DNA of 64,000 nucleotides. It comes from Malacoraja senta (taxonomy: Eukaryota). The notes below the pieces were generated by a model, which did not search any database, had not been told where the DNA came from, and saw only the letters and a list, made by a program, of their open reading frames with translations. Positions 43,366-55,667 of this stretch are shown piece after piece. The stretch spans positions 434,001 to 498,000 of the forward strand of contig JAXLNO010000655.1 in assembly GCA_038087875.1 (NCBI GenBank). Direction: 5' to 3'. The first letter of the stretch is position 1; each line of letters starts with the position of its first letter. Position numbers and translations under genes: made by a program.

Positions 43366-43410
43366 CAAGGTGACAGCCAGTGCTACGAGGAAGCCGGGAG
43401 CTCCACTCAC

Positions 43411-43612
43411 CCCTGTACGTGTTGCCCGGGATGTAGTGTTCGGGGTTGCCCTCGATGCGAAGACTGAAGCCGGTGTTGCCTTCTCTCCGGCTGCCCGGCG
43501 ACCTAAAGATCCGGCTGCAGAACCCGTCAGACACGGCACTCTCGTCGTACGGGGAGGCGACGGCCGAGCACAGGGCGAGGGACAGGGCGAAGAAGCGCAG
43601 AGTAAAGTCCAT
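43411..43612 (-). CDS. spon1: Spondin-1 (F-spondin)-like, coding exon 1 (signal peptide and start of reeler domain)
   Basis: ATG at 43612 in good context (cgcatcATGG). Translates MDFTLRFFALSLALCSAVASPYDESAVSDGFCSRIFRSPGSRREGNTGFSLRIEGNPEHYIPGNTYR, matching the vertebrate F-spondin N-terminus. Donor G|GTGAGT, phase 1. Confidence 0.93.
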
Positions 43613-43850
43613 GATGCGCGGAGTGGGTCCCAGCTCTCTCGCCCCTGCCTCTGCCTGCAAACTGACACTCGCTCACACGCACACACACACACACCCACCC
43701 ACACTGGGAAAGAGCGAGCGCTGGCGGAATCTCCCACTCCTGGTCAAACTCAGTACATTCCCAGCCTTGCAACTAACTCTCAGGGGTGTAATAAGCAGGA
43801 CAACGTTCACTGGTTCACACAGTGGGCGGAGGTAGAGGAGGGGAGGGGAG
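43613..43850 (-). promoter_or_regulatory. Putative 5' UTR and proximal promoter of the spondin-1-like gene
   Basis: CpG-rich unique sequence directly upstream of the ATG. GC box (gggcgg, ~43823) and a weak TATA-like TTATTA (~43790, minus strand). TSS not determinable. Confidence 0.4.
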
Positions 43851-44370
43851 GGGAGGGTTAGAGGATGATAGAGGGGAGGAGAGGGGAGGGGAGGAGAGGG
43901 GAGGGAAGAAGAGAAGAGGGGAGGGGGTGAGAGGGAGGGAAGAAGAGAAGAGGGGAGGAGAGGGGAGGGGGTGAGAGGGGAGGGGATGAGAGGGGAGGAG
44001 AGAAGAGGGGAGGGGAGGGGTGGGGAGGGGAGAAGAGGAGAGGGGAGGGGAGGGGAGGGGAGAAGAGGGGAGAAGAGGGGAGGGGAGAAGATGGGAGGGG
44101 AGGGGATGAGAGGGGAGGGGATGAGAGGGGAGGGATGAGAGGGGAGGGGATGAGAGGGGAGGGGAGAAGAGGGGATGAGAGGGGAGGGGAGAAGAGGGGA
44201 GGGGAGGAGAGGGGAGAAGAGAAGAGGGGAGGGGGTGAGAGGGGAGGGGATGAGAGGGGAGGGGAGAAGAGGGGAGGGGAGAAGAGGGGAGGGGAGAAGA
44301 GGGGAGGGGAGGGGAGGGGAGAAGAGGGGAGGGGAGAAGATGGGAGAAGAGGGGAGGGGAGACGAGGGGA
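43835..44370. repeat. Polypurine/polypyrimidine tract upstream of exon 1
   Basis: Repeats of gaggggaggggagaa and gaggggaggggatga. Confidence 0.95.
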
Positions 44371-44722
44371 GGTAAGTCAGTACAGATTCTAGCCCACCCT
44401 CCCCACCCTCGGGTCTCTGTCGAGATCCTGTTGCCAAAGCCCCGTGTCCACAGCGCACAACGTTGCAACGCGGAGGGCTGGGAGTACAGGAGTTCGCCCG
44501 AGCAACACGCACACGGAAAATAAAAGTTGAGCGACGCCAATTTTATCTTGCGGGCGGAGAAGCAGTCAGTGGAACCTGGCCCTTGTGCCCAACTTGCCCA
44601 CGCTGGCCGGCATGTCCCATCTACACTAACCCCACCTGCCCACATCCCGCTACCTATCCCATCCATCCATGTACCTGCCTAAACGTTGCGATAGCACCTG
44701 CCTCAACTACCTCTTCTGGGAG

Positions 44723-44903
44723 ACAAAAACGCTGGAGAAACTCAGCGGGTGCAGCAGCATCTATGGATTCTTCACACTGAAGAAGGGTTTCGGCCCGAAA
44801 CGTTGCCTATTTCCTTCGCTCCATAGATGCTGCTGCACCCGCTGAGTTTCTCCAGCGTTTTTGTGTACCTGGGATTTTCCAGCATCTGCAGTTCCTTCTT
44901 AAA
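44723..44903 (+). mobile_element. Short Penelope-pLTR-derived element with 5' inversion and 15-bp TSD
   Basis: TSD tacctcttctgggag at 44708-44722 and 44904-44918. 44723-44767 is the inverted copy of ~44820-44864. Confidence 0.85.
44777..44804 (+). ncRNA. Minimal hammerhead ribozyme motif
   Basis: CUGAAGA-A-GGGU(UUCG)GCCC-GAAA-C-GUU. Confidence 0.65.
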
Positions 44904-45316
44904 TACCTCTTCTGGGAGCTCGTTAATAATAATAATAATAATATATTATATACTATAGAGTGTAGTATGGTATAAGCATATATATACTGTAAGTACATAT
45001 ATATATATATATATAGGTACGTAGTATTATATATCTATTATAAATACTATTCATAAATATAGTATTTATTTTTATGAAACATTTTTCTTTACCCATATTG
45101 GCCCATATCCCTCTCAATCTCTCTCTCACGCACACACACACACACACTCTAAATATCCTGCAAACATACTGGATCCCAGCAAACAGACTGTGAAGAAGGG
45201 TTTCGGCCCGAAACGTTGCCTATTTCCTTCGCTCCATAGATGCTGCTGCACCCGCTGAGTTTCTCCAGCATTTTTGTCTACCTTCGATTTTCCAGCATCT
45301 GCGGTTCCTTCTTAAA

Positions 45317-45376
<60 letters not shown>

Positions 45377-46404
45377 GGTAAGCGTTGCCATGCAGAAGGA
45401 TGGCACAGTACTCAGAGGATCAGGCCCTTCGGCCCACAATGTCTGTGCAGAACATAATTCCAAGTTGGACTAATCACCTTGTCTTCTTTTCGTGTCCATC
45501 CTGTTACAAATGTTGACCTCGCTGTCATCGTCTGTCCTGAAAAGGACGCAAGCTTCCGTCGACCATCAGTGGGAGCCTTCACTTGTTGCAATAGATGATG
45601 GTGGTAGCAGAATTAGCTCGGGATACTTCCCAGTTTCTGGCCCCGCCACGTGGACGCTTCTGCTATGGGGCCCACTAATCACCTCCATGATCCCTTTCTC
45701 TCCATTCCCCTGCACTTCCACGTGCCTATCCAAAATGCTCTCAAACACCACTATGGTATCTGCCTCCACCACTACCTCTGGCAGCGCGTTCCAGGAACTG
45801 TGTAAAAAAAAAACTGCCCTGCTCATTTCCGTTAAAGTTGGACCCCCTCATGGTGGCACAATGGCGCAGTGGTGGAGTTGCTGCCTTACAGCGCCAGGGA
45901 CACGGGTTCGATTCTGACCACGGGTGCTGTCTGTACAACGTGAGTTTTCTCTGGGAGCTTTGGTTTTTTTTTCCACACTCCAAGGACGTACAGGTTTGTA
46001 GGTTAATAGGCTTCAGTAAAATTGTAAATTGTCTCTAGTGTGTAAGGACGGTCTGAAGAAGAGTATCAACTGGAAAGGTCACCTATTCCTTTCCTCCAGA
46101 GATGCTGCCTGTCCCGCCGAGTTACTCCAGCTTTTTGTGTCCTTCGCCTTAAAGCTATGCCCTCTAGATATTCTTGCCTCCCATAATTGGATATACTTCT
46201 ATCAGGTCTCCCCCCAACCTCCGACGCTTTAGAGGGAACAATCAGGTTTGTCCAACTGCTCCTTACAGCTAATCTCCTCTATTGCAGGCAGAGTTCTGAT
46301 AGGCATCTTCTGCACCCTCTCCAAAGCCGCAATATCCTTCCTGTAAACAATTCCTCCAGGTTGATGACTTCGGAAAGATCATCCACACATTTATCTCCTC
46401 CCGC

Positions 46405-47013
46405 CTAGATTACTACAACTCCCTCTACACTGGCATCTGCCAATCTTCCCTGTCCCACCTGCAACTGGTCCAAAACGCCGCAGCGAGACTCCTGATGGGC
46501 ACCCGAAAAAGGGACCACATCACCCCGATCCTGGCCTCTCTCCACTGGCTCCCTGTGCGGTTCCGTATACATTTGAAGATCCTCCTTTATGTCTACAAAG
46601 CCCTTAACGCGCTTGCCCCCACCTACTTTAAAAGTCTGCTTACCCCACCACGCCACCTCCAGGTCCTCAGATCAGCCGACTTGGGGTTACTGAACATCCC
46701 GCGGTCTAGGCATAAGCTCAGGGGCGACCGCGCCTTTGCGGTTGCAGCTCCTAGACTGTGGAATAGCATCCCCCTTCCCATCAGAACTGCCCCCTCCATC
46801 GACTCCTTTAAGTCGAGACTTAAAACTCATCTCTACTCCCAAGCCTTTCTTGACGTCCTCTGAGTGAGGGCTATATGTATATAGTGATGTATGTATTTAA
46901 TCTATGAACCACTGTTGTATAACGTTAGTACCTCCACCAATGTAAAGCACTTTGGTCAACGAGAGTTGTTTTTAATTGTGCTATAGAAATAAGAGTGACT
47001 TGACTTGACTTGA
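46405..47013 (+). mobile_element. L2-clade LINE 3' fragment
   Basis: LDYYNSL..LQLVQNAAARLL..DHITPILASLHWLPVRFRI..DRAFAVAAPRLWNSIP..FKSRLKTHL. L2-type 3' end tgtaaagcactttg and (TGACT)n tail. Confidence 0.93.
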
Positions 47014-47622
47014 CGTACCGTGGTGATCAGAATGGGCAGACACTAGAGGGGAAACTACGCCTGGACTGTCAGCGTCTGGGTGTTTGGTGGATGTTAATCT
47101 CAAGGCCTTGAGGGGCCTGGGTTGATTCCAGGGGCCCTGAGCACAACAAGCCATGATGACACCAAAAAAAATAAACTGCTGGAAAAAAACCTCAGAAGGC
47201 ATTCCTCCACGGGATGCTGCCTGACCATAAAATGATGCGGGGCATAGATAGGGTGAATGCACACTGTCCTTTTCCCCAAGGTTGGGGAATCAAGAGCTAG
47301 AGAACGAATGATTGAATAAGTTTATTGGCCAAGTATTCACATACAAGGAATTTGCCTTGGTGCTTCACCCGCAAGTGACAACATGACATACAGTGACAGT
47401 TAGGAATGACACATAAACCATTAAACATTATTAATAAAACATTATTGATTAAACATGTGGGTATAAGTTTAAAGTGAGAGGGGAAAGGTTTATAGGAACT
47501 TGAATTTCACACACAGGGTGGTGGGTATTCGGAACGAACTGCCAAAGGAGGTACTCGGGGCAAGTACAAGAACAATATTTAAAAGATGTTTGGACAAGTA
47601 CATAGATTGGAACGGTTTAGAG

Positions 47623-47888
47623 CAGGGTTTACCAACCTTTTTCGTCCCGTTTACCCCTGGCAACTATAATAGCACCAAATAATGTTTATAATTTAATAGC
47701 ACTAAATAAATAATGTTATTTCACTTATTTATGAACAACTAATGATGAACAGATACCTGTATACCAGACCCAAACACAGTCAGTCAATGAGAACAAATAT
47801 GTACTAATCCACAATCAACAAATTTACCCCCCTGGGTAGACGAAATTTACCCCCTGGGGGTAAATCTACCCCAGGTCGGGAACCCTTG
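47623..47888. mobile_element. hAT-type MITE inserted in a CR1 3' fragment
   Basis: 8-bp TSD gtttagag (47615-47622, 47889-47896). Imperfect TIR cagggtttaccaacct / aggtcgggaacccttg. Repeated subterminal tttacccc motifs. Confidence 0.85.
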
Positions 47889-48027
47889 GTTTAGAGGGAT
47901 ATGGGCCAAATGCTGGCAAATGAGACTAGATTAGATAGGTATCTTGAACAGCAAGGATGGATTTAGATTAGTTTAGTTTATTGACACATGAACCAAGGTA
48001 CAGTGAAAAACGTTTGTTGCATGCTAA

Positions 48028-48327
48028 AGCCCCTGTCCCACGATGAGAGTTCACCCAAGAGCTCTCCCGAGTTAAAAAACAAAAAAATCAAACTCGTGGT
48101 ACTTCATCACGAGTATTTTTTTACTCTTGGAAATTTTTCACACTGTTGAAAAAACTTCACGAGTTTCCGTGTTTCCCGAGTACCTGCCGTTAGCATTACG
48201 AGCCGCTACGAGACATCCACGAGCTCCGACCTACCCGCTACGTACATTCTACGTACTTACCACGAGTTTGATTTTTTTTTTAACTCGGGAGAGCTCCTGG
48301 GTAAACGCGCATCGTGGGACAGGCCCT
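48028..48327. mobile_element. PIF/Harbinger-type MITE with long TIRs and TAA TSD
   Basis: taa|agcccctgtcccacgat...atcgtgggacaggccct|taa. Removing it restores gctaaccag of the host repeat (intact at ~60828). Confidence 0.88.
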
Positions 48328-49844
48328 TAACCAGACAGTGGAAAGACAACACATGATTGCAATCGAGTGTACAGTGTACAGACACACGATAAAGGGAATG
48401 GCGTTCAGTGCAAGATAGATCTCAGTAAAGTCCGATTATAAATAGTCCAAGGGTCTCCAATGAGGTAGATAGTAGTTTAGGACCAACTCTCTTGTTATTG
48501 ATAGAATGGTTCAGTTGCCTGATAACAGCTGGGAAGAAACTGTCCCTGAATCTAGAGGTGTGCGTTTTCACACTTTTATACCTCTTGCCAGATGGGAGAG
48601 GGAGAAGAGGGGAAAATAGGGAGTGACCAGGGTGAGACTTGCACTCGATTATGCTGGTGGCCTTGCCGAGGCAGCGTCAGATCTAAATGGAGTCAATGGA
48701 AGGGAGGCTGGTTTTGCGTGATGGTCTGAGCTGCGTCCACAATACTCTGCGGTTTCTTGCGGTCCTGGATGGAGCTGTTCCCAAACCAAGCTGTGATGCA
48801 TCCCGATAAAATGCTTTCTGCGGCGCCTCTGTAGAAGTTGTGGAAGTTGGGCCGCATGGGCAATCTCCATGCCGCATGATGCCATGCCTCACAGCTTCAG
48901 GGACCCAAGTTTGATCCTGAATTCAGGCGCTGTTGGTGTGAAGTTTGCAGGTCTCACTGTGACCATGTGGTTTTCTGCTGAGTGCCCCCCGATTCCCCCC
49001 CAACATCGCAAAGGCGTAGGGGCTGGCAGCTTAATGGGTCCCTGCAAACTGTGAGTGGTTGAATGCGCTGGAGTTATAGGAGAGTTGAAGGGCACATGTA
49101 ACAGAGAGTACGTTTCAAAGCTAACAGAAGAATGGAGGTGTGCAGGGAGTGATAGGATTGCCAGTATGGCCATGATGGGCCAAACCACCAACACTCCTGT
49201 GAAAGTATTTAAGATACTGTTTGGCTTTGCAAACAAGAATGGAACCAGGCTTGAATAGAGGCAGCACAGTGGCGCAGCTGCCTCACAGCGCCAGAGATGG
49301 GGCTCATGTTGTTGACCTGCCCGCGGTGAACCCTGTCAACCGACCTCAGTCAGGTGAACGACAACAAACAGAGACAGCAGCAGCGGCGCGGCTCGGCGCC
49401 AACCCGGAGCAAGCGCCCTTTATAGGGCGGGCACCCACGGATGTTGAACCGGATGGCATCACCCTGCGGCAGACTTCCGCTGCATCAAACGCAAGAAGAA
49501 GAAGAGCCAGAGACCCGGGTTCGATCCTGACCTCGAGTTTTATCTGGTCTTCCTGTGGGTTTCCACCCATATCCCAAAGGTCTGTGCTTGAAGATTGTCC
49601 CCTATAAATTGCCCCTAGTGTGTGGATGCTAAAGTGAGATAGCATAAAACAAGTGTAAACGGTGATCGATGGTCAGCATGAACTCGGTGGGCTGAAGGGC
49701 CTGTTTCCATGATGTATCTAGAAATCATTCAATCAAAGGTGAGGGTGTAAAGACAGGTTTGATTTGCTTTTAGAAGGAGGAATATATGTATTTATTTATA
49801 TTAGAGCCGGATCATCAAACACTGCATGCCTCTGCAGATTTACT

Positions 49845-50152
49845 TAGACTTTAGACTTTAGAAATACAGCGCGGAAACAAGCCCTCCGGCCCACCGAGTC
49901 CGTGCCGACCAGCGATCACCCCGTACACCTAACACTATCCTACACACACTGGGGACAATTTACAATTTTTACCGAAGCCAATTAACTTACAAACGTGAAC
50001 GTCTTTGGAGTGTGGGAGGAAACCGGAGCACCCGGAGAAACCCCACGCGGTCACAGGGAGAAACGTACAAACTCCATACAGCCTGAGGACAGGATTGAAC
50101 CTGGGTCTCTGGCGCTGTAAGGCAGCAACTCTACCGCTATGCCACCATGCCA
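49845..50152 (-). mobile_element. V-SINE copy. Further minus-strand copies: 2290-2655, 9900-10210, 25135-25442, 31285-31597, 33460-33765, 34125-34422, 50820-51128, 57040-57317
   Basis: Reverse complement of the same SINE. Boundaries approximate. Confidence 0.87.
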
Positions 50153-50165
50153 CGCATGACGAGGT

Positions 50166-50200
<35 letters not shown>

Positions 50201-51451
50201 GTTAAATCAGTGTTGTTTAAAAAAAAAAGCAAACCTGTTCTTGTGTATTTCAACATGAGTTAATCCCTCAGGCAAGTTTTTCTGCTGATAACCAAGGACA
50301 GTCAAATCTATTAAACGGCATCTGTGGAGAGAGGGGAGTCGGTGCGGGGATCTTTATCGACATTGCAATTGTTTAATGTGGGGACACGACACTCAGTTCA
50401 TGAATTTGCCTCAAGATAGACAGTAAATTAGCACTAGATCATCAATTATTTATTTTGAAGATTGCTCTGTGTTGATCGGCCAAATAAACACACACTGAGT
50501 GTTCAATAAAGCTCCCCAATTATGCTGGAACTTGTACCTGCAGTAAATCTTCATCCACCTCACCGATTTGACTGCAATTCCAGATTCGCACTGCATAAAA
50601 TTAGTGCCGGTGCCTTGACACTGGCGTGTGGAGGCAGTTAACGGGTTGTAAACCAAATTTCAAATATATAAAAATATACTATCACTCGTAGTTAGCAGTG
50701 TGTGTTGTGTATCTGAGCTAAGCATTGAAATTGTAAGTGCTTTTATTTATTTAACTGGAAGTTCTTCTCCAATCCACACACGACCATGACTTGGAAATAT
50801 GTCGTTGTTCCTTCACTGATTAGTTTAGTTTAGTTCAGAGATACAGCGTGGCCCTTTGGCCCACCGAGTCCGCGCCGACCAGCGATCCCCGCACACCAAC
50901 ACTATCCTACACACACTAGAGACAATTACAAAATTTACCCAGGCAATTAACCTACAAACCTGTACGTCTTTGGTGTGTGGGAGGAAACCGGAGATAACGG
51001 AGAAAACGCACGCCAGTCACGGGGTGAACGTGCAAACTCCGTACAGACAGCAGCTGGAGTCAGGATCGAACCCGGGTCTCCGGCGTTGCAAGGCAGGAAC
51101 TCTATCGCTGCACCACTGTGCCGCCCTCAGTGGCACTCTGACTAAGATGGATGCCACCACGAAAGCATCAAGCTCCGGAAAACAGAGCACAAAGTCAAGG
51201 CCGCTGCTATGTTGAAGCTCGGAGAGAAAGTTACTTTGTGGGATCTTGCTGTGTGCAAGTGGCCACATGCTCATGGCGTTAGATTGACAGCCCAAAGGTT
51301 TCAAATGCACCATAGACCACTGCTAGAGTCATACAGCGTGGAAACAGGCCCTTCGGCCCAACTTGCCCACACCGACCAACATGTCCCATCTATACCAGTC
51401 CCACCTGCCTTCGTTTGGCTCATATCCCTTTAAAGCTGTCCTATTCATGTC

Positions 51452-52058
51452 TTGAACTTCCACAGGTGTACAGCAGAGAGCATATTGACGGGATGCATCA
51501 CGGCCTGGTTCGGCAACTTGAATGCCCAGGAGCAAAGAGGACTGCAAAAAGTTGTGAACACTGCCCAGTCCATCACCGGCTCTGACCTCCCCACCATCGA
51601 GGGGATTTACCAGAGTTGCTGCCTCAAAAAGGCAGCCAACATCAGCAGAGACCCACACCACCCTGGCCACACACTCATTTCATGCCTGCTATCGGGAAGA
51701 AGGTACAAGAGCCTGAAAACTGGTACGTCCAGGTTCAGAAACAGCTACTTCCCTACAGCTATCACGCTATTAAACCCTATAACCTCAAATAAACTCTGAA
51801 CTACATAGATTATTATTGTTATTATTGCACTATTATTGTTTGTTTATTATTTTTGTACATGTGTGCATGTGTGTGTGTGTGTGTATATATATATGATCCA
51901 GATGTGTATTTGTGAGTTTGTGTATATAAACTCACTGAACTTTTTTTCTCTCTTTCGTTATAATATTGTTTACAGTGTATTATGTTTACATATTCTGTTG
52001 TGCTGCTGCAAGTAAGAATTTCATTGTTCTATCCGGGACATATGACAACAAAACACTT
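51452..52058 (+). mobile_element. Rex1/Babar-clade LINE 3' fragment
   Basis: FHRCTAESILTGCITAWFG..LQKVVNTAQSITG..DPHHPGH..SGRRY..RFRNSYFP (Rex1/Babar C-terminus) and 3' UTR ending gaatttcattg..atgacaa. Confidence 0.9.
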
Positions 52059-52887
52059 TTAAAGTAAAGTAAAGTAAGTTTATTTATATAGCACTTTTCA
52101 GTCGATTTCAATCAAAAGCCAAAGTGCTTTACAGGGAAGACTATCCATACAAATAATAAAAAGAGGTAGAAAAAAATGACACAACACACTATAAGAAATT
52201 CAACACGAACAATCCCCCACAGTAGAATCTACACTCTCCACTGTGAGGGAAGGCACTAAAATGTCCAGTCCTCCTCCTCCTAGTCCACCCGAGGTCGGGG
52301 CCAGTTTGAGGCCACCGCAGCCAGTCGCCGCAAAGGCAGCCCGATGATTATAGGCCCACCCGCATCGGGTGGAAAAGTCCTCAGCAGCTTGGAAATGTCT
52401 GGAGCGGCCGCTCCTTCCCCGGAGACTGCGACGCCCGTGGACTTCAGGCCGTGCCGGTTGGAGCTTCGACTCCGCGGTGCTTCCGATCCAGCGCCGCCCG
52501 CCCGCGGCGGGATGCCCTCAAACCGCAGACTGCAGACCGCGGCTGCTCGATGTTGGTGGTCGGCGGTCACAGCACTCCGGAGCGGCGACCCGGCAAGGCA
52601 TCGCCCGCTCCTTGTTGGTGTCCCAGCGCTGTGCCGCCGAAGCTGTGGTCCCCCGGCAGGAAACGCCGCTCCAGACCGATGGAAGGCCGCATGGGGAGAT
52701 CGGAGATGCGATTTGGAGGAAAACCGCATCTCCGACCAGGTAGGACTGGGGTTAAAACAGTTCCCCCCCACCCCACATAGAAGGAATAGACTCCAAAAAA
52801 AATGTTTTAGACAATAAAAAAGTTAGAGGACGGACTGCAGGCAGGCGGCCATACAAACGGCGCCCACTCCTGCACATCCGCCATCTT
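52059..52887 (-). mobile_element. GC-rich non-coding retroposon with L2-like 3' tail
   Basis: Starts CAAGATGGCG; ends tgtaaagcactttg..gtgctatataaataaa(cttta)n. Relatives at 685-1360, 3680-4290 and 58930-59520. Confidence 0.6.
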
Positions 52888-52924
52888 GAAGCTGGCACTT
52901 TTGACTCTCTCTTGACTCTTGACT

Positions 52925-53275
52925 ACCTGTCCAAATGTTTCTTAAACGTTGCGATAGAACCTGCCTGAACTTCCTCCTCTGGCAGCTCATTCCATACACC
53001 CACCACCCTTTGTGCAATTAAGATACCTCTCAGGTTCGTATTAAATCTTTTCCCCTTGACCTTAAACCCATGTCCCTGGTTTTCAATTCCGCTACCCTGG
53101 GCAAGAGACTGTGAAAAACAGGGACATGGTTACAGCATTTACCCGATCTATTCCTCTCAAGGTTTTGTACACCTCTATAAGATCACCCCTCATCCTCCTG
53201 CGCTCCAAGGAATAGTGTCCTAGCCTGCTCAACCTCTCCCTATAGCTCAGGCCCTCGGGACCCGGCAACAACGTC
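52925..53275 (-). mobile_element. CR1 LINE 3' fragment
   Basis: Same sequence family as 195-595. Confidence 0.85.
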
Positions 53276-54952
53276 GTAAGTAACTCTGTATAACAAGGTC
53301 TCCGACTGTGCTGGTTTCTCTGTGGAAGGATGTGTGCAAGACAATGTCCCCAGAGTGTCGGAAATCACAGGTCGTTGGTTGAAATTTTCACCCATCACAC
53401 AACTTATCAGGCAGCCAAGGAGCCAAATTAACAATGATGGCCACACAAAAATAGGTGGAAGGGAAAGTTGCAATGAAGACATTGCGATCACAGAAAATGG
53501 ATGGCAGATGGACTAAGTGAGCGGCTGGAAACGTGGCAAAGGGAGTTGAAGAGATTGAAGAGTGTGAGATTGTGCACTTCAGTGAGAGGAGTCAATGTCC
53601 GCAGCGTAGAGTTACACCTACAATATCCAAGCTCTTCGGAGATGCTGCCTGACCCGCTGAGTGACTCCAGCATCTTGCATCTTTCTTTGGTACTAACCAG
53701 CGTCTGCAGTTCCTTATTATTATACTATTTGTTATAACACCCTCGTGATCCTCCTCTGCGTTCTTTCCAGCTTGATGGCATCTTTCCTGCAGCAGGATGT
53801 CCAAAACTGAACACAAGATTCCAAAACAATACATCATCGGAAGGAAATGGTACAGTTGCATAACGCTGACTGGTAACCTGGCAGCTTTCTTAACATTACA
53901 ATTTTAACCCAGTTACAAAAGAAGTCGGCACTACTTGATGGCGGATAATCACTATTTTTCTGCTGCAATCTGGAAAATTGTGCACAAATTGTTGTTGAGA
54001 TTGCATTGGTGGAACTGGAGCTTAAATTCCCATCGATATTCATTTGCGGAGATCAAACACAAAATTGTCCATGCATTGCTATGCCCAGGCAGCAGAGCAG
54101 AATGGCAACCATTACTATTTTTATTTCTGATAAAAAAGTGTTTATTTGACATGTTTACGACCGATAAACTGGTGAGATTTTATTAATACAGCCAAACGTG
54201 AATTTATTGCCATCATTTAATAAGGCCTCCGCTTGTGAATGACCTAATTTTAAATCATCAAAATGATTTTGTAAACAAAACTGCAGCCCTTAATATTTCA
54301 ACGGTTTACTAAGTCAGGTCTTTAAGAACTTAAACATTTGTTAGTGTGAATTGATTGTGAAAGGTTGCGGAAACAGGATGAGGAGCATTTTATGTACGAT
54401 AGGTTGGGATCACTTCTGGGCAATTTTGTACAGAGGTGGAAAAGTGGCATGGCTGCCCCACGATGACAGAGATCCCGGTTCGATCCTGACCTCGGATGCC
54501 ATCTGTGTGGAGTTTGCACGTTCTCCCCGTGACCGCGTGGGTTTTATTCCAGGTGCTCTCCAGTTTCCTCCTACATCCTAAGGATAAGCGGGTGTGTAGG
54601 TTAATTGCCCCTAGTGTGTCGGAAGTGAATGGGAAAGTAGGATAACATAGCAGCAGTGTGAACAGGTGAATAATAGTCAGCGTGAATCCAATGGACTGAA
54701 GAACCTGTTTCTATACTATGTTTAAGAAAGAACTACAGATGCTGGAAAAATCGAAGATAGACAAGAAATGCTGGAGAAACTCAACGGGTGAGGCAGCATC
54801 TATGGAGAGAAAGAATTGGCGACGTCTCTGGTCGAGACCCTTCTCTCCATAGTTTCTCCAGCATTTCTTGTCTACCTGTTTCTATACTATATCTTTTAAT
54901 CAAGCAACCAAAATAGGGTTTCTGTTAGAGGATATGGCAGAAGGCATACTAA

Positions 54953-55282
54953 TAGCCCTGTCCCACGGTACGAGTTCATTCCAAGAGTTCTCCCGAGTTA
55001 AAAAAAAATCAAACTCGTGGTAAGCACGGAGAATGAACGTAGCGGGTACGTCGGAGCTCGGGGGAGTCTCTTAGCGGCTCGTTACGCTAACGGCAGGTAC
55101 TCGGGAAGACTCGGTAACGGCAGGTAAGCACGGGAAGACTCGTGAAGATTTTTCAACATGTTGAAAAATGTCCACGAGAGCCCCGAGTACCGACGAGTGG
55201 CCATTACCGTAAATCTCAGAGTTTGAATCAGGGCAAACTCGGGAGAGCTCTTGGAATGAACTCGTACCGTGGGACAGGGCTC
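54953..55282. mobile_element. Harbinger-type MITE, sister subfamily (also 11773-12110 and 63561-64000)
   Basis: TIR ccctgtcccacggtacgagttcattccaagag; TAA TSD. Confidence 0.87.
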
Positions 55283-55667
55283 TAACTGGTTGAATCATAG
55301 CCTGGTTTGGTAACTCAAATGCCCAGGAATGAATGAGAGAGTGGTGGATGTCACCCCATCTAACAGGGGCACTGACCTCCCCACTATCAAAGGCTCTCTA
55401 CGGAAGACCCTGCCTCATCAAGGCAACCAATGCCATCAAAGACCCACACCCATCTAGCCATGCTTTCATCTCATTACTGCATATCAGGCGGAGGAGGGTT
55501 CAGGAGCCTGAAAACCGTGACGACTAGGTTCAAGAACAGCTTCTTCCCAGCAACTATCAGGATCTTGAACACTGCACAACACTAGCCTCAACCTGACCTC
55601 AACAGCGATGATTCACTATGGATTTTGTTGGAGAATTAGAGAAGTTAATGTTCATACCGCTGGGGCC

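Noticed and set aside
43673..44666. Pro/Ser/Leu-rich and Gly/Arg/Glu-rich ORFs
   Set aside because: Products of the polypurine tract.
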